From: an uncultured delta proteobacterium | GTDB taxonomy: Bacteria; Desulfobacterota; Binatia; HRBIN30; BPIQ01 | NCBI GenBank assembly: GCA_963761335.1 | Contig: CAVXGR010000012.1 | Span: 160,001-224,000 of the forward strand | Reading direction: 5' to 3' | DNA length: 64,000 bases | Shown: positions 53,682-63,998 of the stretch, piece after piece | Layout of the letters: each line of letters starts with the position of its first letter | Numbering within the stretch: the stretch's first letter is position 1 | The notes under the pieces: model-generated | What the model saw: only the letters and a program-made list of their open reading frames with translations | What the model was told of the DNA's origin: nothing | Databases searched by the model: none | Translations under genes and position numbers: made by a program

Positions 53682-55670
53682 TCACTCGCCGGCTGCCGCG
53701 GCCCGATCGACGGCCGCCGCACCCGGGCGGTGATAGCGCCGGCGCAGGATCGCCTTGACGCGCAGCACCAGCTCGGCAACCCGGAACGGCTTCGACACGA
53801 AGTCGTCCACCTCGAACGGCATGTCCTTGGCGTCCTCGCCGAGCTCCGCATGCCCGGTGATCAACAGCGTCGGAACGTGCCGCGTCGCCGGGTTCTGCTT
53901 GAGCCGGAAGAAGAGCGACAGACCGTCGAGGCGCGGCATGCGCAGATCGGTGATCACCAGGTGCGGGGACACCCTGCCGATCTGCTCCTGTGCCTCCACA
54001 CCGTCGCCGGCCAGCCACACCTCCATCTGCTCGGCGCGCAGCGCCAAGGCAATCAGCTCCCGCAAATTCGCGTCGTCGTCGGCGACCACCACCCGGAAGC
54101 GCGACCGCGGCTCCGCGGCGAGCACCGGCGTGTCCAGGGGCGCCGGCGCGAACTCGGGAACCACGGACTGCAACCGCTCGTAGAGCAGCGGCAATCTCCC
54201 CTGCCCTGCCAGAACCTCGAGCTCGGCGATGACCTCGTCCAGATCCCCGCGGAGCCCGTTGCCGTTCATGCGAATCGCCTTGATCTTGGGGTTGCTCGTC
54301 GGCTGCGGCTTCTCCGCGGCGCTCCACAGCTCCTCGTCGAGCTTCTCTCCGGCGCGCACCCCGGTGAAGGTGATCGAGATGTCGCGACCGGGCTCGAGCC
54401 CGGAGAGGCTGATCAGGTCCTTTGCCAGATCCATGATCTTCACGGGCTTGCCCATGTCGAGGACGAACACCTCGCCGCCCTCGGCCATGGCGGCCGCCTC
54501 GATCACCAGCTGCACGGCCTCGGCGATGGTCATGAAGTAGCGCGACATCTGCGGGTGCGTGATGGTGACCGGCCCACCCTGCTCGATCTGGCGGCGCAGG
54601 CGCGGAATGACGCTCCCGGCGCTGCCGAGGACGTTGCCGAAGCGCACCGCCAGAAAACGCGCCCTACCGCTGGCGGCGCCGCGGTCGAGATGGTGCATGT
54701 AGAGCTCGGTGATCCGCTTGGAGACACCCATCACGTTGGCGGGGTTCACCGCCTTGTCGCTGGAGATGAGCACGAAGTCGCGGATGCCGTGCGCCAGCGC
54801 CATCCTCGCCAACGACGCGGTGCCGACGATGTTGTTGAGCACCACCTCTCCGGCGTGCGATTCCATCAGCGGCACGTGCTTGAACGCCGCCGCGTGGAAG
54901 ACGATCTCCGGACGATACTTCTCGAAGATCTCCTGCATGCGCGGCAGCGAGCGGATGTCGGCGAGCTGCACGATGCGGGTGACCTCGGGAAAACACTCGC
55001 CGATCTCCAGATCGATGTCGTAGAGGGCGTTCTCGACCCGGTCCACGAGGATCACCGCGGCCGGGTTGCTGCGACAGACCTGGCGGCACAGCTCCCCGCC
55101 GATCGATCCGCCGGCGCCGGTGATCATCACCCGGCGGCCGCCGAGATAGGCGGAGCTGAGCGCCAGATCGGGCGGCAGGGCGCGGCGGCGCAGAAGATCT
55201 TCGAGCTGGACGCCGCGAAGCCGCGACATCTGCAGGCGCGCGGCGCTGACGCCGACCACGGCGAGCGGATAGAAGGCGACAAACACCAGACGCGAATGGC
55301 CGCGAACCCCGGCCAGAAAGATCAGCGTGGCACCCGCCAATGCGCCGACGGTGAGCGCGCTCACCAGGCGCGTCAGCTCGCCCGTACCCGACCAGGGCCC
55401 GAGGCGACGATACTGTCCGAAGACCGCCAGAGCGATTCCCATCGGCAGCACGATCAGCGGCAGACTGTGCCACATGGTAACTCGCTCGACGGACGGAATC
55501 GCTCCTTCGAAGCGGATCAAGTGCGCGAGAATGTACGCCGTCGCAATCAGCGCGGCGTCGGCGGCGACGAACGAGACCCGCCGCCACGGCCCGCTCAGCG
55601 CCCACATTCGCCGCCCGGCCCGGCTCGGAGCCGCGGAGACCGGGACGCGAAACATCGAGTCGATCGACAT
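53682..55670 (-). CDS. CapD/WbpM/PglF-type nucleotide-sugar 4,6-dehydratase fused to a C-terminal receiver domain
   Basis: Four TM helices; TGAGGSIG, HAAAFKHVP, SSDKA, MGVSK, RFGNVLGS; then ADDD...TDLRMP..DG...ITG...SKPF. Confidence 0.9.
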   Translation of the reverse strand: MSIDSMFRVPVSAAPSRAGRRMWALSGPWRRVSFVAADAALIATAYILAHLIRFEGAIPSVERVTMWHSLPLIVLPMGIALAVFGQYRRLGPWSGTGELTRLVSALTVGALAGATLIFLAGVRGHSRLVFVAFYPLAVVGVSAARLQMSRLRGVQLEDLLRRRALPPDLALSSAYLGGRRVMITGAGGSIGGELCRQVCRSNPAAVILVDRVENALYDIDLEIGECFPEVTRIVQLADIRSLPRMQEIFEKYRPEIVFHAAAFKHVPLMESHAGEVVLNNIVGTASLARMALAHGIRDFVLISSDKAVNPANVMGVSKRITELYMHHLDRGAASGRARFLAVRFGNVLGSAGSVIPRLRRQIEQGGPVTITHPQMSRYFMTIAEAVQLVIEAAAMAEGGEVFVLDMGKPVKIMDLAKDLISLSGLEPGRDISITFTGVRAGEKLDEELWSAAEKPQPTSNPKIKAIRMNGNGLRGDLDEVIAELEVLAGQGRLPLLYERLQSVVPEFAPAPLDTPVLAAEPRSRFRVVVADDDANLRELIALALRAEQMEVWLAGDGVEAQEQIGRVSPHLVITDLRMPRLDGLSLFFRLKQNPATRHVPTLLITGHAELGEDAKDMPFEVDDFVSKPFRVAELVLRVKAILRRRYHRPGAAAVDRAAAAGE

Positions 55671-57001
55671 CACTCGCGCTCCTGGTCTGCAAAGCGCATA
55701 CCACGTGCCTCGCGGCATCCGGGGGAGTCCCCGGGAGAGTTCCCGCGGGATTCCGGCGGTATCGCCGTGTCGGTACGCGCGTCAATTCCGTTGTCGGTCG
55801 GTTGGCTCATCCGGATTGGCTGGTAGGTCGCGGCGCTGCGGCCGCGCAGAGCGCTCCACAGTCCCAGAAGGAACCCGGTATTCGCCAGGCAGAAGGCGAA
55901 CAGCGTCGAGAGCACCGGAACCTCTCGCCGCCGGCGGTCGGCGAGATAGCCGGTGAGCGCGCCCGCATAGAACAGCACCTGCGCCGCCGCCGAGAGCCGG
56001 AAGACGGGCTGGTGCGCCAGCGCCAGATTGGAGATCAACAGCACCAGGAGAAATACCGGCGAGAGATAGCGCATCACCCGGTGCGAGAGGAAGGCTACCG
56101 CGGCCTTGGGATGCCTCCAGGGATGCAGGATTCCGGCGCGGTTCAAGAGCGCCGTCAGATTCTTGCTGACGATGCGCCGCCGGCTCGAGAGCTCATCTCC
56201 GCTCCGCTGCGGCAGTCGATCGTAGGCACGCGCCTCCTCGACGAACACGGTTCGCCGGCCCTGCAGGATCACGTCGATCGGCGCCGCGTCATCGATGTCG
56301 TCGGCGGCGCCGAGCGGCCGGTACAGACAACGCCGCAGCGCCATGCAGGCTCCGGTGACGGCGACGGTCGAGCCCGCGGCGCTCTCCAGTCGCCGCAGCA
56401 GAATCTCATACGACCAGTACCAGCCGGCGCTCTGCGCCACGGCTCCGCCCTCGGTGTTGAGGTACAGCAGACGGCCACTGCTGCAGCCCACGGCATGGTC
56501 GCCAAACGGCGCCACCAGGCGTCGCAGGGTATCGCCGTCGAAGAGCGTGCCGGCGTCGGTGAATACCAGGATGTCACCGCGGGCGCGGCGCACGCACTCG
56601 TTGTGCACCCCGGCGCGGCCCTGTCGCGGCAGGTCCAGGACGTGCACGCGGAGATCGCCACAAGCCGTCGCGGCCGCCGCCGTGCCGTCGCTCGAGCCGT
56701 CGGAGCCGACGATGATCTCGAGCCGATCCGGCGGATAATCCTGCGCCAGCAGATTGCAGAGGCGCGCCCCGATGCTCGCCGCCTCGTCGTGGGCCGCGAC
56801 GATGATGCTGAGCCGCGGCAGCGGGAGCGCCGCGGCTGCCGGCTCCGGCCCCGGGGCGGGCACGGGCAGGCGGTGAATCGAGGAGGAGATGCGGCGACCG
56901 CGAACTCGTGCCCAAACGGCGAGTAGCAGCGGATAGCCGACGTAGGTGTACCCCAGGCAGGCGGCAGCCCCCAGGAAGAGAGCCCCCGTCACCATCGCCA
57001 C
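55670..57001 (-). CDS. Glycosyltransferase family 2 (IcaA/PgaC-like)
   Basis: SIIVAAHDE, SDGSSDGT, FTDA, YWSYE, GACMALR. Confidence 0.9.
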   Translation of the reverse strand: MAMVTGALFLGAAACLGYTYVGYPLLLAVWARVRGRRISSSIHRLPVPAPGPEPAAAALPLPRLSIIVAAHDEAASIGARLCNLLAQDYPPDRLEIIVGSDGSSDGTAAAATACGDLRVHVLDLPRQGRAGVHNECVRRARGDILVFTDAGTLFDGDTLRRLVAPFGDHAVGCSSGRLLYLNTEGGAVAQSAGWYWSYEILLRRLESAAGSTVAVTGACMALRRCLYRPLGAADDIDDAAPIDVILQGRRTVFVEEARAYDRLPQRSGDELSSRRRIVSKNLTALLNRAGILHPWRHPKAAVAFLSHRVMRYLSPVFLLVLLISNLALAHQPVFRLSAAAQVLFYAGALTGYLADRRRREVPVLSTLFAFCLANTGFLLGLWSALRGRSAATYQPIRMSQPTDNGIDARTDTAIPPESRGNSPGDSPGCREARGMRFADQERE

Positions 57002-58227
57002 CTTCCGCGCTGCGGCTCGCCCGCACTGCGGCGCGCCGGCAGCAACCTTGCCGGCCGGCGCCTCGCCGAGGGCCAGGCGCGGAGCCGCGCCGCGAGCTCA
57101 TCCGCATGCGCCTCGCAGGTGAAACGCCGCACCGTCTCCCGACCGCCGCGCCACAGCCGCGCGCGCAGCTCGGGGTCGCGCCCGAGCCGCCCGATGGCGG
57201 CGGCCAGAGCCGCCGGCGATCCGGGCTCCACGACCAGGCCGTCGACGCCGTCGGCGATCACCTCGCCGATGCCACCCGCGGAGGTCGTCACCACCGGCAG
57301 ACCCGCTGCCATCGCCTCGAAGAGAACCCGGGGGACGCCTTCCGCGAGCGAGGGAACGGCGAAGACGTCCGCGGCGGCGTAGGCGTCCCGCAGCTCCGCC
57401 CCCGAATCGACGCCGCCGCGAAAGTGCACCCGCTCGCCGAGGTGGAGATTCTCGGCCAGCTGCCGCATCTGCGCCAGAGCCGGGCCACGGCCCACCACCA
57501 CGAGATCGACCTCGAGCTCGCTGCGGAGAGCAGCGAGCGCTTCCAGCAGCTGGCGCAGCCCCTTCTTCTCGAGCACGGCACCTACGAAGAGGACGCGCAG
57601 AGGACCCTGTTCCCCCCGGGCGTAGCTCGGCGGCGCCTCGCTCTCCGCCGATCCCGCAGAGACGGTCGACTCGATGATGCTCACCGCCGGATTGGGCTCG
57701 CTGCCATAGCGCCGCGCCAGTGCCGCGCCCTGTGTCACGGTGAGCGCTCGCCGTGCCATGAGGCGCGTCAGGCGCTCGTACAGCCGCGCCGACGAACGCG
57801 CCAGCGATTGCAGCGGCGGCGGATAGTCCGCCATCTGCGCCAGCAGGTCACCGACGACGTGCAGGCAGATCGGCCGCCCGAGAGCCCGGGCCAGCGCGTA
57901 GACCGGCGGCGCCAGCGGGCTCGGCACGCGCAGGTATACCGCATCCCACTCGGCGCGCCGCCGCCACAGCGCCGGCGCCACCCGCGCCACCGCGCCGGCG
58001 CTGCCGGTCCAGCGCGCGAAGTACGGCAGCTCCAGCAGACCGGCGTTGCCGGCGCCCAAGTGGTGCTGCAACTGCGGCACCACTCCTGGCGGTGCCAGCG
58101 GCGCCGCCAGCAGTAGCGAGGAGAAGTGCGGTGCCAGGGCGTCGACGTAGACGCCGTAGCGGCGGTGCATCCGCAGCGTCTCGCCGTCGCGGTGCACGGG
58201 CTCGTCGTAGATCATCGCCAGACGCAT
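56989..58227 (-). CDS. Glycosyltransferase family 4
   Basis: LFVG..LEKKG, EGVPRVLFEAMAAGLPV. Confidence 0.9.
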   Translation of the reverse strand: MRLAMIYDEPVHRDGETLRMHRRYGVYVDALAPHFSSLLLAAPLAPPGVVPQLQHHLGAGNAGLLELPYFARWTGSAGAVARVAPALWRRRAEWDAVYLRVPSPLAPPVYALARALGRPICLHVVGDLLAQMADYPPPLQSLARSSARLYERLTRLMARRALTVTQGAALARRYGSEPNPAVSIIESTVSAGSAESEAPPSYARGEQGPLRVLFVGAVLEKKGLRQLLEALAALRSELEVDLVVVGRGPALAQMRQLAENLHLGERVHFRGGVDSGAELRDAYAAADVFAVPSLAEGVPRVLFEAMAAGLPVVTTSAGGIGEVIADGVDGLVVEPGSPAALAAAIGRLGRDPELRARLWRGGRETVRRFTCEAHADELAARLRAWPSARRRPARLLPARRSAGEPQRGRWRW

Positions 58228-59579
58228 CAGCGACCTCGCCTCCGCACCGACAGGGCCAGCGCCGTGGCCATGCCCAGCAGCGTCCACATCAAAATGACGT
58301 TCAGATCGTCTTCGAGGCACGACTCCGCCGCCATCGCCATCAGCCCCGCCGCCAGACCGAGGAGCGTGTCGCGCGTCTCGCCGCTCGCCTGCGGCAGCGC
58401 AGTCCACAGCATCCAGAGCCGCGAGGCGTACAGCCAGAGAAAGGCGCCAAGGGCCAGCACCCCGGCTTCCGCCCAGAGCAGCACGAAGGAGTCGTGCGGC
58501 GTGTTGGCGTCGAGAGGAGCTCCGGGGACGGCGTAGCGGTGATAGTTGGCCTCGTAGTTGCCGAGACCAACTCCCGTGGCCCAGTTGTCCGCCGCCATGA
58601 GCAGCCCGGTCTCCAACAGTCGCTCGCGCAGCGGCGTGGACGAGGCAAACTGCGGGTCGACGCCGTAGTCGGCGACGATGAAGATGCTCAGGAATCGATT
58701 GCGCACCGACTGCGGGACCGTGAGAACGAGGAGACCCGCCGCCAAGGCGATCATGAGATAGGCGCGCGGGCGCCGGCCGCTCGCCAGCAGCAGCCCGAGC
58801 GTCGAGGCAATCCATCCGGCGCGCGTGTAGGTAAAGATCTGCGCCGTCATCAGTGTCCCCAGCGCCGTCAGTCGGGCAAGCCACGACACGCCGGAAGCGC
58901 TCGCCAAGCGGGCATAGACCAACGGGATGATGGCGGTGATGTAGAGTGCCGCGGCACTGCGGGTGGCGATCCCTTGAAAGACGTCGATGTCGGGGGACAG
59001 GCCGCTGAAGACCCGGTAGAGCCCATACGCGGCGAGCACCGTCACCGCGAAGCTGAGCCCGTCGGCGAGCGCGAAGATCCAGCGGCGCTCTCGCAGGCTC
59101 CATACGAGCGCCGCGAAGACGAGAACGTGGGCGCTCCACTTGACCAGCGCCTCCCCGTACAGGGCCGGGCTCACCACCGAGAAGCCCGACGCCAGGAAGC
59201 CGACGAAGAGCAGCGCCAGCGGCGTCCATGGGACCTCGTTGCGCCAGCTCTCGGCGCCGGCCGAGCGCCGCACCAGCTCGCGCGCCAGGATGACGGCGCC
59301 GATCACCGCCGGCGCCGGAACCCACAGCCCGGCGAGATCGACCCGCATCCACGGGCGAGGCACGGCCAGGAAGGAGAGACCGAACAGGGCGATGGCCACC
59401 CGCTCGTCCTTCCAGGCGAGCAGCAGTGCCAGCACCGCCAGAGGGATCAGCGCCGCCTCGACCACGTGACCGGCGATCGAGCCGCGCACCACCACCAGCC
59501 CGGCCGCGGCCGACAGCGCCGCGGTCATCGCCAGCATGGCCACCGAGTTGAAGGAGGAGACGCGCTGCACCGGGGTCAT
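58227..59579 (-). CDS. O-antigen ligase/polymerase (Wzy_C) family protein
   Basis: TYTRAGW, TGVGLGNY, PHDSFV..WAEAG; polytopic. Confidence 0.85.
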   Translation of the reverse strand: MTPVQRVSSFNSVAMLAMTAALSAAAGLVVVRGSIAGHVVEAALIPLAVLALLLAWKDERVAIALFGLSFLAVPRPWMRVDLAGLWVPAPAVIGAVILARELVRRSAGAESWRNEVPWTPLALLFVGFLASGFSVVSPALYGEALVKWSAHVLVFAALVWSLRERRWIFALADGLSFAVTVLAAYGLYRVFSGLSPDIDVFQGIATRSAAALYITAIIPLVYARLASASGVSWLARLTALGTLMTAQIFTYTRAGWIASTLGLLLASGRRPRAYLMIALAAGLLVLTVPQSVRNRFLSIFIVADYGVDPQFASSTPLRERLLETGLLMAADNWATGVGLGNYEANYHRYAVPGAPLDANTPHDSFVLLWAEAGVLALGAFLWLYASRLWMLWTALPQASGETRDTLLGLAAGLMAMAAESCLEDDLNVILMWTLLGMATALALSVRRRGR

Positions 59580-60580
59580 CCTCGCAACCACTCCAGGGTG
59601 CGCGGCCGGCGCAGCGCCGCCAGCAGCGCCTGGCGCTCGGGGCGAACCTCGTCCGGGCGCGCCACCTGGCAGCGCGCCAGCAGGCTCACGAGAAACGCCG
59701 CCTCGAGCTCGGCGGGGCTGCCGGCCACGGGGGCCGCGGCACGCTCCACGAAGCGGTGCACCGCGGTGCGCAGCCAGGAGGGTAGCGCCGATCCCCCTGC
59801 CCGTGCCCTCTCCGCCTCGAAGAGGGCACGCCACGAAACGCAGTAGAAGGCGAACAGCAACGGATCCACGAAGCAGAGGCCGCTCGGCGAGGCCACCTCC
59901 CAGTCGACCACGCCCAGGCCGTTGCCGTCGACCAGAATGTTGCCGGGCCAGAAGTCACCGTGCTGGGCCGCCCAGCGCAGCTCCAGGCCGCGCAGCGGCC
60001 GCAGTCGCCGCCGCAGCTCGTCGGCAAGTCCGCGCCGTGCCGCAGCATCGAGACCGCGCCCCACCCGCTCGAAGGCGCGCAGCGCGCCGTCCTCCTCGTC
60101 GGCCGCCGTCCACAGCCGCCGCTCCGTCTGCGTCGCCGTCTGAAACGCAGCGAGCCACTGTGCGGCGGCATCGAGCGCGTACCGGAGCGAGCGGGAGGGG
60201 CGCTTCCACAGCCGCCGCGCCCCCAGCTGTCCGAGCATGGCCGTACCGCTGAGCCCGCGCTCGATCAGCAGTGGCGCGCCGTCGATCTCGGCGAGCTCGA
60301 GGGGGGCCGGAACGGTGCACTGCAGCTCCGCCGTCAGGCGCGCCTGAATCTGACGACGCACGTCCCACTCGAGGCGAATCCGCTCCTCTCCCGAACGGTC
60401 TCGCGCCGCGTGACAGACGAGCCGCGGACGCGCCTCGGCACCGCAGAAGACGAAGAACTTGACGCGCTCCCCTGCCCTCTTGCCGTAGCTGCTCTTCGCC
60501 AGCCGCAGTTGGCCCCGCGAGCCGCCGGACAGCAGAGGCGCGCCGGCGCCGTGCAAGTACTGGCGCAGCGACTCGATCAT
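59576..60580 (-). CDS. Aminoglycoside phosphotransferase-like kinase
   Basis: HGDFWPGNIL, VVDWE. Confidence 0.85.
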   Translation of the reverse strand: MIESLRQYLHGAGAPLLSGGSRGQLRLAKSSYGKRAGERVKFFVFCGAEARPRLVCHAARDRSGEERIRLEWDVRRQIQARLTAELQCTVPAPLELAEIDGAPLLIERGLSGTAMLGQLGARRLWKRPSRSLRYALDAAAQWLAAFQTATQTERRLWTAADEEDGALRAFERVGRGLDAAARRGLADELRRRLRPLRGLELRWAAQHGDFWPGNILVDGNGLGVVDWEVASPSGLCFVDPLLFAFYCVSWRALFEAERARAGGSALPSWLRTAVHRFVERAAAPVAGSPAELEAAFLVSLLARCQVARPDEVRPERQALLAALRRPRTLEWLRG

Positions 60581-62161
60581 CGCCGCCCCCCTGCCGGGCC
60601 CTCGGCTCGCGCCACGACCGACAGCCCGGGGGCGATGACGCCGAGGCCGAGGCTCCATCGGCCGAGCGGCCAGAGCATCAGCCACACCAGCAGGCGGACG
60701 CCCCGGCCCGTGGACTGCGCTGCCGTCGGCAGCCGCCACAGGAGGAATTGCAACGAACGGACGTCGTCGCATTCGACCAGATAGCGCGGCGCGCGATGCG
60801 ACGGCAGGCGCGCCCAGCAGGTCACCGCGAAACCGTCGCGGCGCAAGCGCGACAGCACGCGATGCAGGCGCCACACGGCCGGAAGGGTGCCGCGCAGCGG
60901 CGCCAGCGCGAAGCGGCGACCGGCCCGAAGCGCGCCGGAATCCCATCCCTCGACCGCCAGGTGCATGGTTCCCTTCTGCCGGAGGACGCGCCGCATCTCG
61001 GCGAGCAGCGCGGCGGAGGAGACAGCCTGGCCCCCGAGCTGCCCCAGATCGGCGCTGACGACGTCGAAGCTGTGGTCGCCGAAGGGCAGCTGGGTGGCTC
61101 GCAGTCGCACGGCGGCGGTCCCCGCTCCCCTCGTCCTGGCCGCGCGCATCATCGACCACCAGCAGGCGATGCGGCGCCGTCTGCGCCAGGGGCAACGGCT
61201 CGCCTGCACCGAGAACCAGGACTCGTGCCTCCCGGTGAAAGGGGAGCAGAAAGCGCCAGTCGGCGCTCTCCACCTCGGCGGAGCAGTCGCCGTCGACGGC
61301 TGTCCCTGACGATTGCGACGAGCCGCCGGTGCCCAGCAGATCGCGGCGATAGTACCGATACGGCTGCGCGTGTCTTCTCCTGCGAAGGCGCTTGACGGCG
61401 ACGGGCACCAGCATCGAGACCGCCGTGCGCAGCAGATGGCGCGCGCTCGAGAGCGGATACTGGCCGCGGCCGATGGCCCGCGCCCGGGCCACCAGATCGC
61501 AGTAGCACACCGAGTTCTCGCGGCGCGCCGTCTCGGAGTCATCGTGAACCAGCACGCGGTGCAACACCTCCGGCAGGCAGGCCAGCTTCCACGACTGCGC
61601 CAGGCGCAGATAGAGATCGTAATCCTGGGCGTAGAGGTTCCGCTCGTCATAGAGCCCGACCGACTGCAGAGCGACACGGCGCGCCATGAGCGCGCTGTGG
61701 GCGAAGGGGTTGGTGCGAATCAGGGCCTGGCGGATCTCGGCGTCCTGCTCCGGCGGATAGACGCGGTCGAGAACGCGACCGCTCGCATCGACGCAGTCGA
61801 AGGCGCAGCTGACCAGAGCGCAGTCGGCGTGCGCCTCGAGGAACTCCCGCTGGCGGCGCAGCCGATCGGGGTCGGATCGATCGTCGGCGTCCATGGCGGC
61901 GATATACTCGCCGCGGGCGCCGCGGATGCCGGCGTTGCGCGCCGCCGTACCGCCGCGGCGCCGCGGCAGGCGAATGCTGCGCAGGCGCGGATCGCCGATC
62001 GCCGCCAGAATGGCGGCGGTGCCGTCGTCGGAGGCGTCGTCCACCACCAGCAGCTCGAGGTCGGCGCAGGTCTGCCGGAGAACGTCGGCCACGGCCGCCT
62101 CGATGTGCGCCGCGCCGTTCCACACCGGCAGGACGACGCTGATCGACGGCGCCGCGCTCAC
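60577..62161 (-). CDS. GT2 glycosyltransferase apparently fused to a methyltransferase-like domain; frameshift near 61120-61130
   Basis: SVVLPVWNG, DDASDDGT, MDADD, QDYDL; then DWRFLLP, VLVLGAG and, in the next frame, LPFGDHSFDVV...EMRRVLR. Confidence 0.7.
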
Positions 62162-63486
62162 CCCACCCCTCCCACCGCCGCGGCGATGGCGGCCGCCGCC
62201 GCTGCCGGAGTGAGCGCCACCGCAAGCGATGCCGCCAGTGAAACGGCGGAGCGACCACACAGCCGCCCGGCCGCAATGAAGGCGGCGCCGCCGGCGAGGC
62301 CGTACACGGCCAGCATGACCGCGGCCACCCCGGTGATCCCCGATCCGGCGAGCAGCACGGCACCGCAGAGCCCGGCCGCCAGCAGCGCCGCCGCCGCATC
62401 GATTGCCATCAGGATGCCCATGCGCCGCAGAGTGATGAGCACCACCGAGGAGATCACGTGGACCGACACGAAGACCCCGGACCAGAGCAGCAGCCGCGCC
62501 GCCTCGATCCCCGGCTGGTAGGCCGGCAGGATGCGCAGCGTCGCCGCCGGCAACAGCAACCATCCCGCCGCCAGCAACAGCGGCAGCAGGCGTCCCATCT
62601 CGTGAAGGCCGCGCTCGGCGTCGGCAAAGGCCTGCAGCCGGTCGCCGCCGCGCGCGAAGCGCTCGAGCACGTTGGGGAGCAGCACGTGCGCCAGCACCGC
62701 GGGGATCGCCGCCGCCAGCTCGAAGACGATGATCGCCAGGGCGTAGTAGCCGACCTCCCGAGCGCCGAGGACGACGACGATGACGAAGCGGTCGACGGAC
62801 TGCAGCAGCTCGTACGCGAAGCCCGCCGCCGCCAGCGGCATGCCCACCGCGATCACCGCCTCCAGATCCGCCGGCCGCCAGCGCAAGCCCCAGCCAACCT
62901 TCAAGCGATACTTTAGATACAAGAAGACCGCGGCGTTGGCGGCGGCGACCGCCAGCATGAAGGCCACCAGCCCGCCCCACCAGGCGGCCAGCGGCGCCAG
63001 CGCACCGTCCAGCAGCGCCAGCGCCAGCACGGCGCCCGAGCGGGCGGTGAACAGCTTCTCGGCGTTGCAGAGCTCGAGCAAGTAGAGCAGTCCGCGAGTG
63101 CTGAGCAGCACGGCCGCCAGGGCCGCCAGTGGCCCGCGCAGCTGCCGGTCGGGAACCACGGCGGCAGCGACCAGCAGAGCGCCGCAGATGGCCAGCACCG
63201 GCAGAGCGGTGAGCGTCCAGGCGGCGGCGCGCATGTCGCCGGCGCCGCTGTCGTCACCCGCACCGCGCAGCAGCGGCACCTGCCGCCCCATGCCGCGGCG
63301 GCCGCCGAGGTCGGACCAGATGCTGTACGAGACAACGATCTGCAGCGATTTCCACAGCCCGAGCTGCCGCGGACCGAGCACTGCGGCGACCGCGATGGAG
63401 CGCGCCGCGGCCACCACCTGGGCCGTCACCGTGGCGCCGTAGAGCGAGCGCCAGTCGCGCCAGATCTGCGTCGAGACCCGCTTCAT
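62158..63486 (-). CDS. Oligosaccharide flippase (Wzx-like)
   Basis: LGP..LG, DRFVI..VLG...VGYYALA; about 12 TM helices. Confidence 0.85.
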   Translation of the reverse strand: MKRVSTQIWRDWRSLYGATVTAQVVAAARSIAVAAVLGPRQLGLWKSLQIVVSYSIWSDLGGRRGMGRQVPLLRGAGDDSGAGDMRAAAWTLTALPVLAICGALLVAAAVVPDRQLRGPLAALAAVLLSTRGLLYLLELCNAEKLFTARSGAVLALALLDGALAPLAAWWGGLVAFMLAVAAANAAVFLYLKYRLKVGWGLRWRPADLEAVIAVGMPLAAAGFAYELLQSVDRFVIVVVLGAREVGYYALAIIVFELAAAIPAVLAHVLLPNVLERFARGGDRLQAFADAERGLHEMGRLLPLLLAAGWLLLPAATLRILPAYQPGIEAARLLLWSGVFVSVHVISSVVLITLRRMGILMAIDAAAALLAAGLCGAVLLAGSGITGVAAVMLAVYGLAGGAAFIAAGRLCGRSAVSLAASLAVALTPAAAAAAIAAAVGGVG

Positions 63487-63998
63487 CCGGCGCTCCGAGC
63501 CAGCACCTCGGCGAGCTCATGGCGCGCTTCGGCGTCCTGGGGCCGCAGGCGCAGCACCTGCCGGTACTGTCGCGTCGCCGAACGGTGGCGCCCGCTCCTC
63601 TCGTACGAGCGGGCGAGCCACAGATGCATCTCGACGCTGTCCGGGGCGGCGCGCACGCCGTCCTCCCACACCGCCGCCGCTTCCTCGTACAGGCCGCGGC
63701 GGAAGTACTGGTGGCCGAGCTGATAGCAGAGATCGTCGTCGCCGCGGCCCAGGGCACGTGCCTGCTGATACGCGGCGGTGGCGTCCAGCCAGCGACCCAT
63801 GCGGTCGAGAGCCATGCCCTCTCCGAAGACGAGCCATGCATCTCCCGAGCCGCTGCGTCGCAGGCGCTCGAAATGAGCGCGCGCCGCCTCGAAGTCGCCG
63901 GCGTCGATCAGAACGAAGCCGGCATCGCGCTCGGTACGCTCGCGCAGGGGTCCCGGGGAGAGGAGCGGCAGCGACGCCAGGAGGTCGCCTTCGGCCTC
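63483..63998 (-). CDS. TPR-containing protein, C-terminal part (truncated by window end)
   Basis: Frame open to the window edge; TPR helices, VLRLRPQDAEAR. Confidence 0.75.
   Translation of the reverse strand, partial: EAEGDLLASLPLLSPGPLRERTERDAGFVLIDAGDFEAARAHFERLRRSGSGDAWLVFGEGMALDRMGRWLDATAAYQQARALGRGDDDLCYQLGHQYFRRGLYEEAAAVWEDGVRAAPDSVEMHLWLARSYERSGRHRSATRQYRQVLRLRPQDAEARHELAEVLARSAG

Noticed and set aside
59576..62980. 1134-aa GT2-to-kinase multidomain ORF
   Set aside because: Chance read-through: its N-terminus overlaps the flippase, its middle is out of frame after ~61125, and the kinase has its own coupled start at 60580.
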